The notes under the pieces are model-generated. The model ran no database searches, had not been told where the DNA came from, and saw only the letters and a program-made list of their open reading frames with translations. Below, one piece after another: positions 43,578-53,941 of a DNA stretch of 64,000 nucleotides. Made by a program: the position numbers and the translations under genes. Origin of the DNA: Clostridiaceae bacterium. Lineage in GTDB: Bacteria > Bacillota > Clostridia > Saccharofermentanales > DTU023. Numbering within the stretch: position 1 is the stretch's first letter; every line of letters begins with the position of its first letter. The DNA is taken from NCBI GenBank assembly GCA_012841145.1, contig DUVH01000009.1, forward strand, positions 25,296 to 89,295, in the 5' to 3' direction.

Positions 43578-46055
43578 ATGAGTAAGTGTTCCATTTGTCA
43601 TAAAAATGAAGCCGTCGTGTTTACCACGAAAATTGAAGACGGCGAGCCGCGTATGCAGGGAATCTGTCTTAAGTGTGCCTACGAGTCGGATCTGCCGGGG
43701 ATTGACCAGCTTTTCACGCGGGCGGGAATCAATGAGGACAACATTGATGAAATCACTGCGCGAATGAACGAGGTTCTCGCTGGCATTTCAGCGCAGAATC
43801 CTGAAGATTTACTGAAGGCGCTTCTTTCGGGAGATATCCCCGGCGTTATGCCGTTTGCCGGGGCAGACGCTGGTCGTAGCCATGATTTCACTGATGGAGA
43901 CGATGTCGAGGAGTCGAGCGATGACAACAAGCCTCGTCTGTCACTTCGTCCACATGCCTCGATCGGCGAGCTGATGCCCGCTAATGTAGGCGGTGAATCT
44001 GACGATATCGCCGGATATCGGAAAACGGCGAGAAATAAGAAAAAAGCCAAGGAAAAACGCGAGCGCCGATTGAAGTTTCTCGACCAATTCGCCATTAATC
44101 TGACTGAGGAGGCCGCTGCCGGCCGTATTGATCGTATCATCGGCCGTGACGAAGAGCTGGCGCGGACGATCCAGATTCTTAACCGCAGGACGAAAAACAA
44201 TCCGGCTTTGATCGGCGAAGCCGGCGTCGGCAAAACTGCGATCGCAGAGGGGCTTGCCGTCAGAATTGTCGAGGGCAGAGTTCCGGCAAAATTGCTTGAG
44301 CAAGAGCTCTATCTGCTCGACATGACGGCAATGGTGGCCGGTACGCAATTTCGAGGACAATTCGAGAGCCGCATGAAAGGTGTCGTTGACGATGCGCGAC
44401 GCGCGGGAAACGTCATTCTCGTGATTGATGAACTTCACAACATTATGGGGGCGGGAGACGCCGAGGGTGCGATGAACGCCGCGAATATTCTCAAGCCGGC
44501 GTTAGCGCGCGGAGAAATTAAAGTGATCGGCTCGACGACTCTCGACGAGTACCGCCGTTTCATCGAAAAAGATTCAGCGCTGGAACGTCGCTTTCAGAAG
44601 GTCATGATCGAGGAGCCGTCGCCGGAGGATACGTTGAAGATTCTCATCGGTGTCAAAGACTATTACGAAAAACACCACCACGTCGTCTATCCGACGCCTG
44701 TTCTTGAGACAGCCGTCCGTCTCTCCGATCGCTACATCATGGATCGGTATCAGCCCGACAAGTCGATTGACTTGATTGACGAAGCGGGATCGCGACAAAA
44801 TCTCGACTCCGCTTGTCTCACGGAACTTAAAAAACTTCACGATCGCCGTATTGAGCTTGAGGAGTGGCAAAGCGACAACGAAAAAGAGATTGCCGAGCTC
44901 TCGTCACAGGATGATGCCTTGCCTCTATACGAGGTGCAGGCGAACATCCGCTCGGAACTGATGCGCGTACTCGATGAGATCTCGGAAGTGGAGAAGGTAT
45001 GTCAGCCTGTTGTCATGACGGATCAGGACATTGCCGGAGTCGTCGAGATGTGGACCGGTGTTCCTGTTCAACGTCTGACGGAGTCCGAGACGGAGCGCCT
45101 CATCAACCTTGAGGACAAGCTCCACGAGCGCGTTATCGGGCAAGACGAAGCTATCGGGGCGCTCGCACGCGCCGTCAGGCGTTCGAGAGCCGGATTCTCG
45201 CAGAAGGATAAACCGGCATCGTTCCTATTTGTCGGACCGACCGGTGTCGGCAAGACGGAGCTTGTGAAGACGCTGGCGGAGGTTTTGTTTGATTCGGAAG
45301 ATAACTTGATCCGTCTCGATATGTCTGAATTTATGGAAGCGCATACGGTCAGCAAGCTCATTGGCTCGCCGCCCGGTTATGTCGGTTATGACGAGGGTGG
45401 ACAACTGACGGAAAAGATCAGGCGCAGGCCTTACAGTGTCGTCCTGTTCGATGAGATCGAGAAGGCGCACGCCGACGTTTACAACATGCTGCTGCAGATC
45501 TTGGATGACGGCCGCTTGACCGACAGTCACGGGCGTGTTGTCAGTTTTAAAAATGCCATCGTCATCATGACGTCGAATGCCGGCACGACGTTGAAATCAC
45601 ACGGCATCGGTTTCGGTTCGCACGGTCATCAGGCAATGGAGGAACGTGTCGACACAGTGTTGAAAGAACTTTTCAGGCCGGAATTCCTCAACAGGATTGA
45701 TGAGATCATCGTTTTCCACGAGCTCTCGAGAGAAGAGATCAGAGAAATTGTCGACCTCATGTTAAAAGAACCGAAACGCGATCTCGGTAGACGCGGGATA
45801 ACGCTCCGCGTAACGGATGATGCGCGTGACGCGCTCGCACGCGACGGATACGACCCGAGCTTCGGCGCAAGACCCCTGAGGCGATTGATTCAACGGCGCA
45901 TTGAGGACACGCTTGCCGACCTCTGGCTGACAAGAGCGATCGCAGACTCGAAGACGGTAACTGTCGATGTCGCCGATGAGGGAAGTGAACCCCTTAAGCG
46001 TATAGGAAACACGATGACGGACAGTAGCGGTTGCTACCTGTTCAGTTGGGATTAA
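43578..46055 (+). CDS. clpE: Clp/Hsp100 AAA+ ATPase with N-terminal zinc ribbon (ClpE-like)
   Basis: N-terminal CSICHKNEA...CLKCA (CxxC...CxxC as in B. subtilis ClpE/ClpX). Two AAA+ modules (GEAGVGKTA; GPTGVGKTE). No Clp_N repeat visible. Confidence 0.75.
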   Translation: MSKCSICHKNEAVVFTTKIEDGEPRMQGICLKCAYESDLPGIDQLFTRAGINEDNIDEITARMNEVLAGISAQNPEDLLKALLSGDIPGVMPFAGADAGRSHDFTDGDDVEESSDDNKPRLSLRPHASIGELMPANVGGESDDIAGYRKTARNKKKAKEKRERRLKFLDQFAINLTEEAAAGRIDRIIGRDEELARTIQILNRRTKNNPALIGEAGVGKTAIAEGLAVRIVEGRVPAKLLEQELYLLDMTAMVAGTQFRGQFESRMKGVVDDARRAGNVILVIDELHNIMGAGDAEGAMNAANILKPALARGEIKVIGSTTLDEYRRFIEKDSALERRFQKVMIEEPSPEDTLKILIGVKDYYEKHHHVVYPTPVLETAVRLSDRYIMDRYQPDKSIDLIDEAGSRQNLDSACLTELKKLHDRRIELEEWQSDNEKEIAELSSQDDALPLYEVQANIRSELMRVLDEISEVEKVCQPVVMTDQDIAGVVEMWTGVPVQRLTESETERLINLEDKLHERVIGQDEAIGALARAVRRSRAGFSQKDKPASFLFVGPTGVGKTELVKTLAEVLFDSEDNLIRLDMSEFMEAHTVSKLIGSPPGYVGYDEGGQLTEKIRRRPYSVVLFDEIEKAHADVYNMLLQILDDGRLTDSHGRVVSFKNAIVIMTSNAGTTLKSHGIGFGSHGHQAMEERVDTVLKELFRPEFLNRIDEIIVFHELSREEIREIVDLMLKEPKRDLGRRGITLRVTDDARDALARDGYDPSFGARPLRRLIQRRIEDTLADLWLTRAIADSKTVTVDVADEGSEPLKRIGNTMTDSSGCYLFSWD

Positions 46056-46082
46056 CATCAATGCTAGGAGATAATCAAACGC

Positions 46083-47111
46083 ATGGACGGAGGTTATAAG
46101 CTCAACCGCTTTTTTCTTAAAAGAGATGCAAAGGCAAACCTCAGAGGCAAATACAGCACGGCTGTATTGGTCGCCGTTATAGCGCAGCTATTATTTCGTT
46201 TATCGAATACCTTTACGACCTTTTTTGCTGGTCTCTTCACCCCATCGAATCTGTTTCGTTGGGGGCGATTTCAGCTGGAGTCAGAGCCGGCTGAATTCGA
46301 TGAACTTCTCGCTCACATAAAGGATATATTCAACAAATTCATAGGATACCCTCCACTGTCAATCGCCTTGATTCTCCTGATCATTGTACTGTCATTGTCT
46401 TACGCGATTCTCGTCGGGAACGTGATCCGCATCGGCGCGAGAAGGTGGTTTCTGCGAGCTTCGCATCCTCATTACAGCGCGCCTCCGTTAGGACTTATGT
46501 TTTCTCCTTTCAGACGCGGGCAATATGTGGCGACGTTGTCGGGTACTTTATGGAAATCGCTATGGCTATTCATATGGTCGATTCCCGTTTATCTGTCGAA
46601 CATTTTCTTCTTCACGCCGATTGTTCTTCTTATGATCGCGTACATCAAGACGGGAGCAGATTCCGTTTCGCCCGCATTGGTCGATCGCGTGTTAGACGCG
46701 TACGGACTTCCCGAGTTCGTCTATTCACCGGTCTTTTTCATCGTATTGGGTATTTTTATGATTCTTTTTTCAATCGTTCTGCTTATTAAACGCTATCAAT
46801 ACAGGATGACTGATTATATATTGGCTGATAATCCTCTCATCGGGACTCGCCGTGCACTCACGCTCTCTAAGAGCATGTCGAAAGGTTCCCTGTGGAGACT
46901 ATTTGTACTCGATTTGTCTTTTATAGGCTGGTTTTTTCTCGCTTCGATGTGTATCTGTATTCCCGGAGCCGCTATTTTTCTAATTCTCCCGTACTATGAA
47001 GCGACATGGGTTGAGGCATATAAAAAATGTCGCGACGACATGGTCGCCCGTCGAGAATTGACGATGGAGGAGCTTGGCTACGTGCCGATGTGGATCGAGG
47101 TGAACAGATGA
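46083..47111 (+). CDS. DUF975-family integral membrane protein
   Basis: N-terminus LKRDAKANLRGKYSTAVLVAVI and multi-TM layout resemble DUF975. Assignment is from memory of the family pattern. Confidence 0.5.
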   Translation: MDGGYKLNRFFLKRDAKANLRGKYSTAVLVAVIAQLLFRLSNTFTTFFAGLFTPSNLFRWGRFQLESEPAEFDELLAHIKDIFNKFIGYPPLSIALILLIIVLSLSYAILVGNVIRIGARRWFLRASHPHYSAPPLGLMFSPFRRGQYVATLSGTLWKSLWLFIWSIPVYLSNIFFFTPIVLLMIAYIKTGADSVSPALVDRVLDAYGLPEFVYSPVFFIVLGIFMILFSIVLLIKRYQYRMTDYILADNPLIGTRRALTLSKSMSKGSLWRLFVLDLSFIGWFFLASMCICIPGAAIFLILPYYEATWVEAYKKCRDDMVARRELTMEELGYVPMWIEVNR

Positions 47112-47482
47112 CACCTACAGAGCTTAACAGGTTTTTTTACATATTGAGCGGTGTATTAGCGGGACTTTCAGTTCTTGCGGTTGTATTAACAGTCTTTCGC
47201 CGTTCACTTGAAAAACGCGTGAGTGTTCTGGTAGCGCAAAATAGCAACAGCCTGGTCGGCAAGCGGGCACTAGTCGTGAGCGCGATTCGGCCAACACGAT
47301 TAGGGAGCATACGGCCTCTCGGAACGCAGGATGAGGAAGCCGATCGGGCGGCGGCTCGTCGCGGGGGTGACGAGCGCTTCGATGTCGTTTATCCCGCTAT
47401 AGCTGATGAGCTCATATCGAAGGGGCGAGTCGTCCGCGTCACCGGGGGCGATGCAACGCGATACACGGTGAGATCCTTGTAG
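47108..47482 (+). CDS. Small membrane protein, NfeD-like C-terminal OB-fold (tentative)
   Basis: One TM helix, then LVGKRALVVSAIRP...GRVVRVTGGDATRYTV. ATG 47108 forms an ATGA overlap with the upstream stop and is preferred over the tracked 47027. Confidence 0.45.
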   Translation: MTPTELNRFFYILSGVLAGLSVLAVVLTVFRRSLEKRVSVLVAQNSNSLVGKRALVVSAIRPTRLGSIRPLGTQDEEADRAAARRGGDERFDVVYPAIADELISKGRVVRVTGGDATRYTVRSL

Positions 47483-47559
47483 ACATTTCGGTCACGGTGC
47501 TGACAAAAAGTATCAGTTCAATTAATAGATTAAGAAGAATAAGGAGAGAGGTAATAAAT

Positions 47560-48918
47560 ATGCTCTATGTTAAGGATCATCTGACGAATCAGTTTATATC
47601 GTCACATGAGCGCGAACAGATGACTTGCCAATTGTCTGCCGCTCGCGATCTGCTTGACAGTCGCGCTTGTCCCGGTTCTGAATACACGGGATGGCTCGAT
47701 CTTCCAATGACGTTCCCGGAGGAGCTTATCGAGCGTATCGAAGAGACGGCAGGGCGCATTCGTCGTGACTATGATGTTTTGATTGTCGTTGGTATCGGCG
47801 GTTCCTATCTCGGCGCGAGAGCTGTGATCGAGGCGCTGTCGCATCATTTCTCAATGCTATTACCGGCTGGAGAGAGAGGTTGCCCTCTCGTTCTTTTCGC
47901 CGGTCATCAGATCAGTTCCGACTATCTCCATGACCTGATTGACGTGGTCAAAGGAAAACGCGTCGCGCTCAATGTCATTTCGAAATCCGGGACGACGACG
48001 GAACCCGCGATCGCCTTTCGTGTCCTCCGTGATACGCTGTTCCGCGATGCGGAGCGGGAGGAGCTCGCTAAGCATATAGTCATTACGACAGACGAAAAGC
48101 GCGGTGCGCTCAGACGCTATGCCGATGAGATGGGGATCACGACTTTTGTAATTCCCGATGATATCGGTGGCCGTTACTCCGTCCTGACACCTGTCGGCCT
48201 GCTGCCTATCGCTGTCGCGGGGTTTGAAATCCGTGAACTGCTGGAGGGTGCCCGTGCCGAGCGCGAACGATCAATGGCTCCGCTTTCAGAAGGGTTTTCT
48301 GCTGCCGATCGATACGCCGTCAACCGCATGATTCTTATGAGAAAAGGGTTTCAGGCAGAGATTCTCGCGTGTTACGAGCCTTCCATGCGCTACTTTGCCG
48401 AGTGGTGGAAACAGCTTTTCGGAGAGAGCGAGGGCAAAGACGGCAAAGGTTTGATAACGATGAGCGTCGACCTGACGACCGACCTTCATTCGCTCGGCCA
48501 GCTTATCCAGGAAGGTCCGCGCGTCTTTTTCGAGACAGTGATCGATTTTGCGAGTGTTAAACACGAGATCATGATACCGGGCGATCCTGCAGATCTTGAT
48601 CAACTCGAATACCTTGCCGGCAAGCCGATGAGTTTCGTCAACCGTCAGGCTTCGAGGGGAACGGCGTTGGCGCACGTATCGGGCGGAGTTCCGAATATAC
48701 GCATTGAGCTTCCTGATCGCTCTTTGAAGTCGCTGGGCGCACTAATCTATTTCTTCGAGAGAGCCTGTGCTTTATCCTGCATCATGAACGGTGTCAATCC
48801 TTTCGATCAACCGGGCGTCGAGGCATACAAGCGTAATATGTTCGCACTTCTCGGAAAAGCGGGCTTCGAGGAGATGCGCGAGGAACTGCTCCGCTCTTCC
48901 TCTGAAGACGGGGAGTGA
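47560..48918 (+). CDS. pgi: Glucose-6-phosphate isomerase
   Basis: VVGIGGSYLGARA, SKSGTTTEP, DIGGRYSVLT, GESEGKDG motifs. ATG 47560 preferred (AAGGAGAGAGG upstream). Confidence 0.9.
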   Translation: MLYVKDHLTNQFISSHEREQMTCQLSAARDLLDSRACPGSEYTGWLDLPMTFPEELIERIEETAGRIRRDYDVLIVVGIGGSYLGARAVIEALSHHFSMLLPAGERGCPLVLFAGHQISSDYLHDLIDVVKGKRVALNVISKSGTTTEPAIAFRVLRDTLFRDAEREELAKHIVITTDEKRGALRRYADEMGITTFVIPDDIGGRYSVLTPVGLLPIAVAGFEIRELLEGARAERERSMAPLSEGFSAADRYAVNRMILMRKGFQAEILACYEPSMRYFAEWWKQLFGESEGKDGKGLITMSVDLTTDLHSLGQLIQEGPRVFFETVIDFASVKHEIMIPGDPADLDQLEYLAGKPMSFVNRQASRGTALAHVSGGVPNIRIELPDRSLKSLGALIYFFERACALSCIMNGVNPFDQPGVEAYKRNMFALLGKAGFEEMREELLRSSSEDGE

Positions 48919-48927
48919 CTCTCCGGG

Positions 48928-50835
48928 ATGCAGAGATTCGAATCACCTCAGTTTCGTTCGATATTGCGATCGGTCGCAAAACCGGCTCGCTATGTCGGAG
49001 GGGAGCTTTACGCAATTGATAAGAGAAATGAGTTTTTCTCTTTGCGTGAAGAGGATCGCGTTCATTTTGCGTTCTGTTTTCCTGATCTCTACGAAATTGC
49101 GATGTCGAATTTGGCGATTCAGATTATTTATGCTGCCCTCAATCGCGACGACCATGTTTTTTGCGAGCGCTGTTTCGCTCCCGATGTCGATTTGCGCTCT
49201 TTACTGAGGAAGCGCGACCTTCCTCTTGTATCGATCGAGACGATGACTCCGCTTTCGGAGTTTGATATCATCGGTTTTTCACTCCACTACGAGCTGGCGT
49301 ATACGGCTGTTCTCGAAATGCTCGATCTTGCGGGAATTCCTCTTCGCGCAGCTGATCGAAACGACAGTGATCCGCTTATCGTTGCAGGAGGACCGATTGC
49401 GTGTAATCTGGAACCGATGGCGTCCTTCTTTGATCTCATATTGCTTGGGGACGGAGAGTTCCAATTGCCGAAACTCGTCGATGAATACAGAGAACATAAG
49501 GTTTCAAAAGGATCCAAGTACGATTTCCTTCGTCGTGTCTGCCATATGGACGGCATCTACGTCCCTGCGTTTTATGAGCCGCGGTACCGTGACGACGGAC
49601 AGATTGAAGAAATCAGCGTGGTAGAACCGATTGCGCCGAAGAGTGTGCGCAAGGCGATCGTTCGTGACTTTAATCTTGCGCCGATCGCGACGTCTCCGAT
49701 CGTGCCGAATATGGAAGTGACGCATGACCGCATGGTTCTTGAGATTTTTCGAGGATGCGCGCGAGGATGCCGATTCTGTCAGGCGGGTTTTACGTATCGA
49801 CCGTTGCGTGAACGCTCTCCCGAGACACTGGTCGATGCGGCGGAAAAACTTATAGACAGTACGGGATGCGATGAGATGGGATTGTTGTCGCTTTCGACGT
49901 CCGATTACTCGAATATTGACGGTCTCACACGCGCGCTGCTCCCGATGGTGGAGCCGCGCCATATCAACTTGTCGCTGCCGTCGCTTCGTCTTGATGCTTT
50001 CGATTTTGATCTTGCCGAACGCATCGCAAGGACGCGACGCGGCGGATTGACTTTTGCTCCGGAAGCGGGGACACAGCGGTTGCGCGATGTCATCAATAAG
50101 AACATATCGGAAGATGATTTGTTTGACACGGCCCGTACGGCTTTTGAGAACGGGTGGGATCGCTTGAAACTCTATTTTATGCTCGGGTTGCCTACGGAGA
50201 CTGATGAAGACGTCGAGGGGATCGTTGATTTGACGATGAGACTTCTCTCTGTCTGGCGTGATCTGCCTAAAGAAAGACGATCCAAGCGTCTGTTCGTGAC
50301 GGTGAGCACATCGTTTTTCATTCCCAAGCCGTTTACTCCTTTTCAGTGGGAACGTCAGATATCGATCAACGAGATGCGCGAGAAGCAACAACGGCTGGCA
50401 GACGGTTTGACCGACAGGCGCATATCTTACCGATGGCATGATTTTGAAAGCTCCGTCATCGAGGCGGTGCTGGCGCGCGGTGATCGGCGACTCTCGGACG
50501 TCATTGAGCGCGCATGGCGTGCCGGCTCCTATCTCGATGCATGGCACGAACACTTCGATTACGATATTTGGCTGGATGCGCTTTCCCTGATTCCGGGAGG
50601 AGCCGACTTTTACACGAGGGAACGCGCGGAGGATGAAATCTTTCCCTGGGAGCATCTCGATATCGGAGTGACACGTCGATTCTTTGAGCGCGAAAGGAGG
50701 CGATCACGTGAAGGGCGTGTGAGTTTGTCCTGTTTTGACGGATGCTCGGCTTGCGGCTGCAGTGTTTGGCAAACGGGCGTTTGTTCGCCTTCGGTTCATG
50801 ACGCTTGCAGCGATAATGGCGGTGTTTCGTGTTGA
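48928..50835 (+). CDS. Radical SAM protein, TIGR03960-like (B12-binding-like N-domain)
   Basis: N-terminus KPARYVGGELYAI and radical-SAM cluster motif GCARGCRFCQAG. Followed by its usual TIGR03936 partner. Confidence 0.8.
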   Translation: MQRFESPQFRSILRSVAKPARYVGGELYAIDKRNEFFSLREEDRVHFAFCFPDLYEIAMSNLAIQIIYAALNRDDHVFCERCFAPDVDLRSLLRKRDLPLVSIETMTPLSEFDIIGFSLHYELAYTAVLEMLDLAGIPLRAADRNDSDPLIVAGGPIACNLEPMASFFDLILLGDGEFQLPKLVDEYREHKVSKGSKYDFLRRVCHMDGIYVPAFYEPRYRDDGQIEEISVVEPIAPKSVRKAIVRDFNLAPIATSPIVPNMEVTHDRMVLEIFRGCARGCRFCQAGFTYRPLRERSPETLVDAAEKLIDSTGCDEMGLLSLSTSDYSNIDGLTRALLPMVEPRHINLSLPSLRLDAFDFDLAERIARTRRGGLTFAPEAGTQRLRDVINKNISEDDLFDTARTAFENGWDRLKLYFMLGLPTETDEDVEGIVDLTMRLLSVWRDLPKERRSKRLFVTVSTSFFIPKPFTPFQWERQISINEMREKQQRLADGLTDRRISYRWHDFESSVIEAVLARGDRRLSDVIERAWRAGSYLDAWHEHFDYDIWLDALSLIPGGADFYTRERAEDEIFPWEHLDIGVTRRFFERERRRSREGRVSLSCFDGCSACGCSVWQTGVCSPSVHDACSDNGGVSC

Positions 50836-51533
50836 ATGAAAACGATGTAAAATATCGACTGATTCTTTATTTTGCGAGACGCGGGGCGACCGTCTGGCTT
50901 GCGCACCTTGACAATATGCGCCTTTTTGAACGTGCCTTCAATCGCGCTGGATGGCCGATCGCTTGGACAGAAGACGCATTTAATCCGCGTCCGATTCTCG
51001 TCTTCGGATTGCCTGTCGGAGTGGGGATCGAAACGCGACGCGATCCCGTCGAAGTTACTTTGGAACAGCGGATCGAGCTCAAGCCTATGGTTGAAAGGCT
51101 TAACCGTTCTTTCCCGCGCGGTGTAGAGATTGTTGATTGGGGTGAGGCGCCCGATACGAGAAAGAGTCTCATGTCGCTTGTAAAGTCAGCAGATTACATG
51201 ATCGAGGCACCGTCGATCGGGCAGGCTTTTTCACGGACATTTGAGGGAGGACATCCTGTTCTTATCTCCTGGACTCGAAAAGGCAGAACGAGTCAGGTTG
51301 ATATCGCTTCGAGAATATTTGAGACATACGTTGTCAAGAAGGATTCAATTGAATTTAAGGGAGGGGCGGGAAGCGACCTTCACTTGCGTGTCGATTTGCT
51401 CCTCGAAGCGCTCGTCCGTGATGGGGGGTTGTCAAATGACGACGCACTTGGGGCACGCGTCGTGCGTAAACGCGTTCACTGTGACTTATTGCCGCGATGT
51501 CTACCCGGCTCACTTGACAAGCGTCTCGAATGA
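50829..51533 (+). CDS. TIGR03936/DUF2344-family radical-SAM-associated protein
   Basis: WLAHLDNMRLFERAFNRAGWPIAWTEDAFNPRPILVFGLPVGVGIE pattern. 7-nt overlap with the upstream radical SAM gene. Confidence 0.7.
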   Translation: MLNENDVKYRLILYFARRGATVWLAHLDNMRLFERAFNRAGWPIAWTEDAFNPRPILVFGLPVGVGIETRRDPVEVTLEQRIELKPMVERLNRSFPRGVEIVDWGEAPDTRKSLMSLVKSADYMIEAPSIGQAFSRTFEGGHPVLISWTRKGRTSQVDIASRIFETYVVKKDSIEFKGGAGSDLHLRVDLLLEALVRDGGLSNDDALGARVVRKRVHCDLLPRCLPGSLDKRLE

Positions 51534-51646
51534 CAGTCAAAATGGCAAACATAACCATCATTCGCCGAGGGGGCGAAGTTTAATCATATACGTTGAACAC
51601 GCGATGATGATTTTACAGTGTTCAAATTGAACAGGAGTACGTCCAA

Positions 51647-53905
51647 ATGGCAGAATTGCGATTAGCGACCATTTACGGTAACGGGATGGTTCTGCAACAA
51701 AAGGCAGTCAACAGACTTTACGGTTTTGCCTCAAGCGAGACCGTTGTTTCTGCTGAGCTTGAACGTTTTCCTGCGGATCGACATGAATCTCCAGACGCTG
51801 AGATGCAGTACGGCGTTTTATTTTCAGAAGATGAAATTGCCGGACGTGACGGCTATTTCGAGTTCAGGCTGCCTCCGCTCGTCGCGTCGAAGGATCCGTG
51901 TCGCTTGACCGTTCGTTCCGTCACGGACGTCATCGTCATTGATGACATTCTCATCGGTGAACTTTGGTATGCCGCCGGTCAGGACAATATGGCACAGACA
52001 GTGCGCGAGTCCGATGTCGAGCATGCGTTGGATGAATGCGTTAATCTCCGCGACATTCGTTTCTTCCAAATGAGTCTCGACGGACTTTCAGAACAAATAC
52101 GACAGTACAGTTATACGCCGCTGGGCGAAGCGCAGGGCGGAGAGTGGCAGCGCGGCGATCAGGTGTATCTAATGAAGGATCAGTCGGCTGTAGCCTTTTC
52201 GTTTGCCGTCGATTTCTACAACGAGTGGCAGATTCCTGTCGGTGTGATCAACGCCGCTTGTCCCGGAACCTACATTCATTCATGGCTTCCGCGCGAGATC
52301 ATAGAAGCCGATCCTATTATCAGAAACCATGTTCGAGAAGTGCGGTTGTATCGCGATCGCGACAATTGGAATGCCGAAACGGCGGAACGCGAACAGAGGG
52401 AAGACCGTTACGGGACTGGCGCTTTTAAGAGTTTTCCTCGCCCGCAGACGGTTGCTTTGCTCGATGGAAGGAAGCCTGATCGGGCTGATCCAGCACCTCT
52501 CGTCGTACCTCGCGCGACGATACGGAAATCTACACTTATTCAACAAATGATCCCGCTGGCGCATGAGTTTTCGCCGCGCAAGCAGCCGAGTACGATGTTC
52601 AACCACAAGGTGTCGCCTTTTGTGGGATTATCTCTTCGCGGTGTTCTATGGTTACAAGGGGAGAGCGATGTCGACGGTCCGGAGTATTATCTGCGGGCGC
52701 TTCGCTATCTCGTCGAAACATTCGGAGAGGTGTTCGTTCCTGTCGATCAGAAGATTACGCTTATCATGTCACAGCTTCCCTCTTACCTGTACAATGGTTT
52801 GAACGCGATCGGTCTTGCCGCGTTTAATGAGATGCTTGCGCTTGCAAGGCATACGTTGAATGCCGACACGGGCCTCGTGACGCTGTATGATCTTCCTCTC
52901 GACTATAAGGAGGACGGTTCCTTTTGCGGAGCCTTGACACCTTATGCAAAGAGAGAAGTCGGACGGCGCATGGCTCGTCTCGCTTCAGGATTTCTCGCCC
53001 GCGATGATCGTCCCAGAAGCGCGCCGGAACCCGTTTCGCTAGAACGTATCGGCAATAAATGGATGGTCGATTTTACTCCCGCGGCTGTCAGAGGAGGCGG
53101 ACTGAATTTGCGCCACGGTGAGAATGTCCTGAAAGGGTTTGCTATATGCGACGGCAACCGCGTCTTCGTCAAAGCGGAAGCGCGCATTCTTTACGGTGTG
53201 CGCGTGCTCGTGTGGCACGATCAGATCAAAGACCCCGTCTCGTTGACGTACGGTTTTTCCTCTTTCAACGGGGACGCCAATTTAATAGGATCGGATGGGA
53301 TGCCGGTATTGCCGTTCCGCGTCGATTTAGAACCGTCTCAGTATCTTGTACCGATGCCTTGGTTTGATATGGATCGATTGGAAGAATTTAGTTGGGAAGA
53401 ATTTTTGGATGGTGATTCGCCGCGACCGCGCAAGAGAAATTTGCCGGGGAAGAAGCGCCTGTGGAGCGTCACGAAAGGACGCGCCGAATTATCTTTGACG
53501 AACGAGGTTAACGGATACAGTCATTCCGATATTAAACTCGAGTACGTAAACGCCGATGAACGGCCTGTCGAGATCGATGCCGCCGTGGCGCTCGCCTCCT
53601 GGTATCCGCCTCTCGATTTGACGCCTTACAGCGCCGTAGAACTCGTGCTCGTCAATCCCGATCATCAGGAAAAAATGATTCAGTTATTATTGGAAGACGC
53701 GAACGGTGTTGTGTTCGAATCGTCGCCGAGAAAAATCGAAGATGCTTTCAGACAGCAAGTGATCAGATGGGCAGATACTGAGCTCGCGAACGATACGGAA
53801 GAAATCGTCAGGTTCGGTTTTCGTGTTGTCGATCCGGGAGCTCGCGGCAGTCTAGTTCTAATCAGGGTAAAGCTCGACTATCGCCCTGACGAACGAGATG
53901 AGTAA
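51647..53905 (+). CDS. Sialate O-acetylesterase-like (SASA/DUF303) protein with C-terminal extension
   Basis: N-terminal GNGMVLQQ, GELWYAAGQDNM and LRGVLWLQGESD motifs typical of 9-O-acetylesterases. No signal peptide. About 270 extra C-terminal residues. Confidence 0.6.
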   Translation: MAELRLATIYGNGMVLQQKAVNRLYGFASSETVVSAELERFPADRHESPDAEMQYGVLFSEDEIAGRDGYFEFRLPPLVASKDPCRLTVRSVTDVIVIDDILIGELWYAAGQDNMAQTVRESDVEHALDECVNLRDIRFFQMSLDGLSEQIRQYSYTPLGEAQGGEWQRGDQVYLMKDQSAVAFSFAVDFYNEWQIPVGVINAACPGTYIHSWLPREIIEADPIIRNHVREVRLYRDRDNWNAETAEREQREDRYGTGAFKSFPRPQTVALLDGRKPDRADPAPLVVPRATIRKSTLIQQMIPLAHEFSPRKQPSTMFNHKVSPFVGLSLRGVLWLQGESDVDGPEYYLRALRYLVETFGEVFVPVDQKITLIMSQLPSYLYNGLNAIGLAAFNEMLALARHTLNADTGLVTLYDLPLDYKEDGSFCGALTPYAKREVGRRMARLASGFLARDDRPRSAPEPVSLERIGNKWMVDFTPAAVRGGGLNLRHGENVLKGFAICDGNRVFVKAEARILYGVRVLVWHDQIKDPVSLTYGFSSFNGDANLIGSDGMPVLPFRVDLEPSQYLVPMPWFDMDRLEEFSWEEFLDGDSPRPRKRNLPGKKRLWSVTKGRAELSLTNEVNGYSHSDIKLEYVNADERPVEIDAAVALASWYPPLDLTPYSAVELVLVNPDHQEKMIQLLLEDANGVVFESSPRKIEDAFRQQVIRWADTELANDTEEIVRFGFRVVDPGARGSLVLIRVKLDYRPDERDE

Positions 53906-53941
53906 TTTAAGAGATTGGAAAACGCCAGAAAGGCTGGGTGT

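Noticed and set aside
51593-51625. 8-bp inverted repeat TTGAACAC / GTGTTCAA upstream of the esterase-like gene
   Set aside because: It could be an operator or a 5' hairpin. However, it is a single short inverted repeat with no associated promoter that I can define and no second copy, so it is not strong enough to report as a feature.
53906-53941. Expected T-box leader upstream of valS
   Set aside because: Only ~36 nt separate valS from the preceding gene, far too short for a T-box riboswitch. valS is probably co-transcribed with, or read through from, the esterase-like gene.
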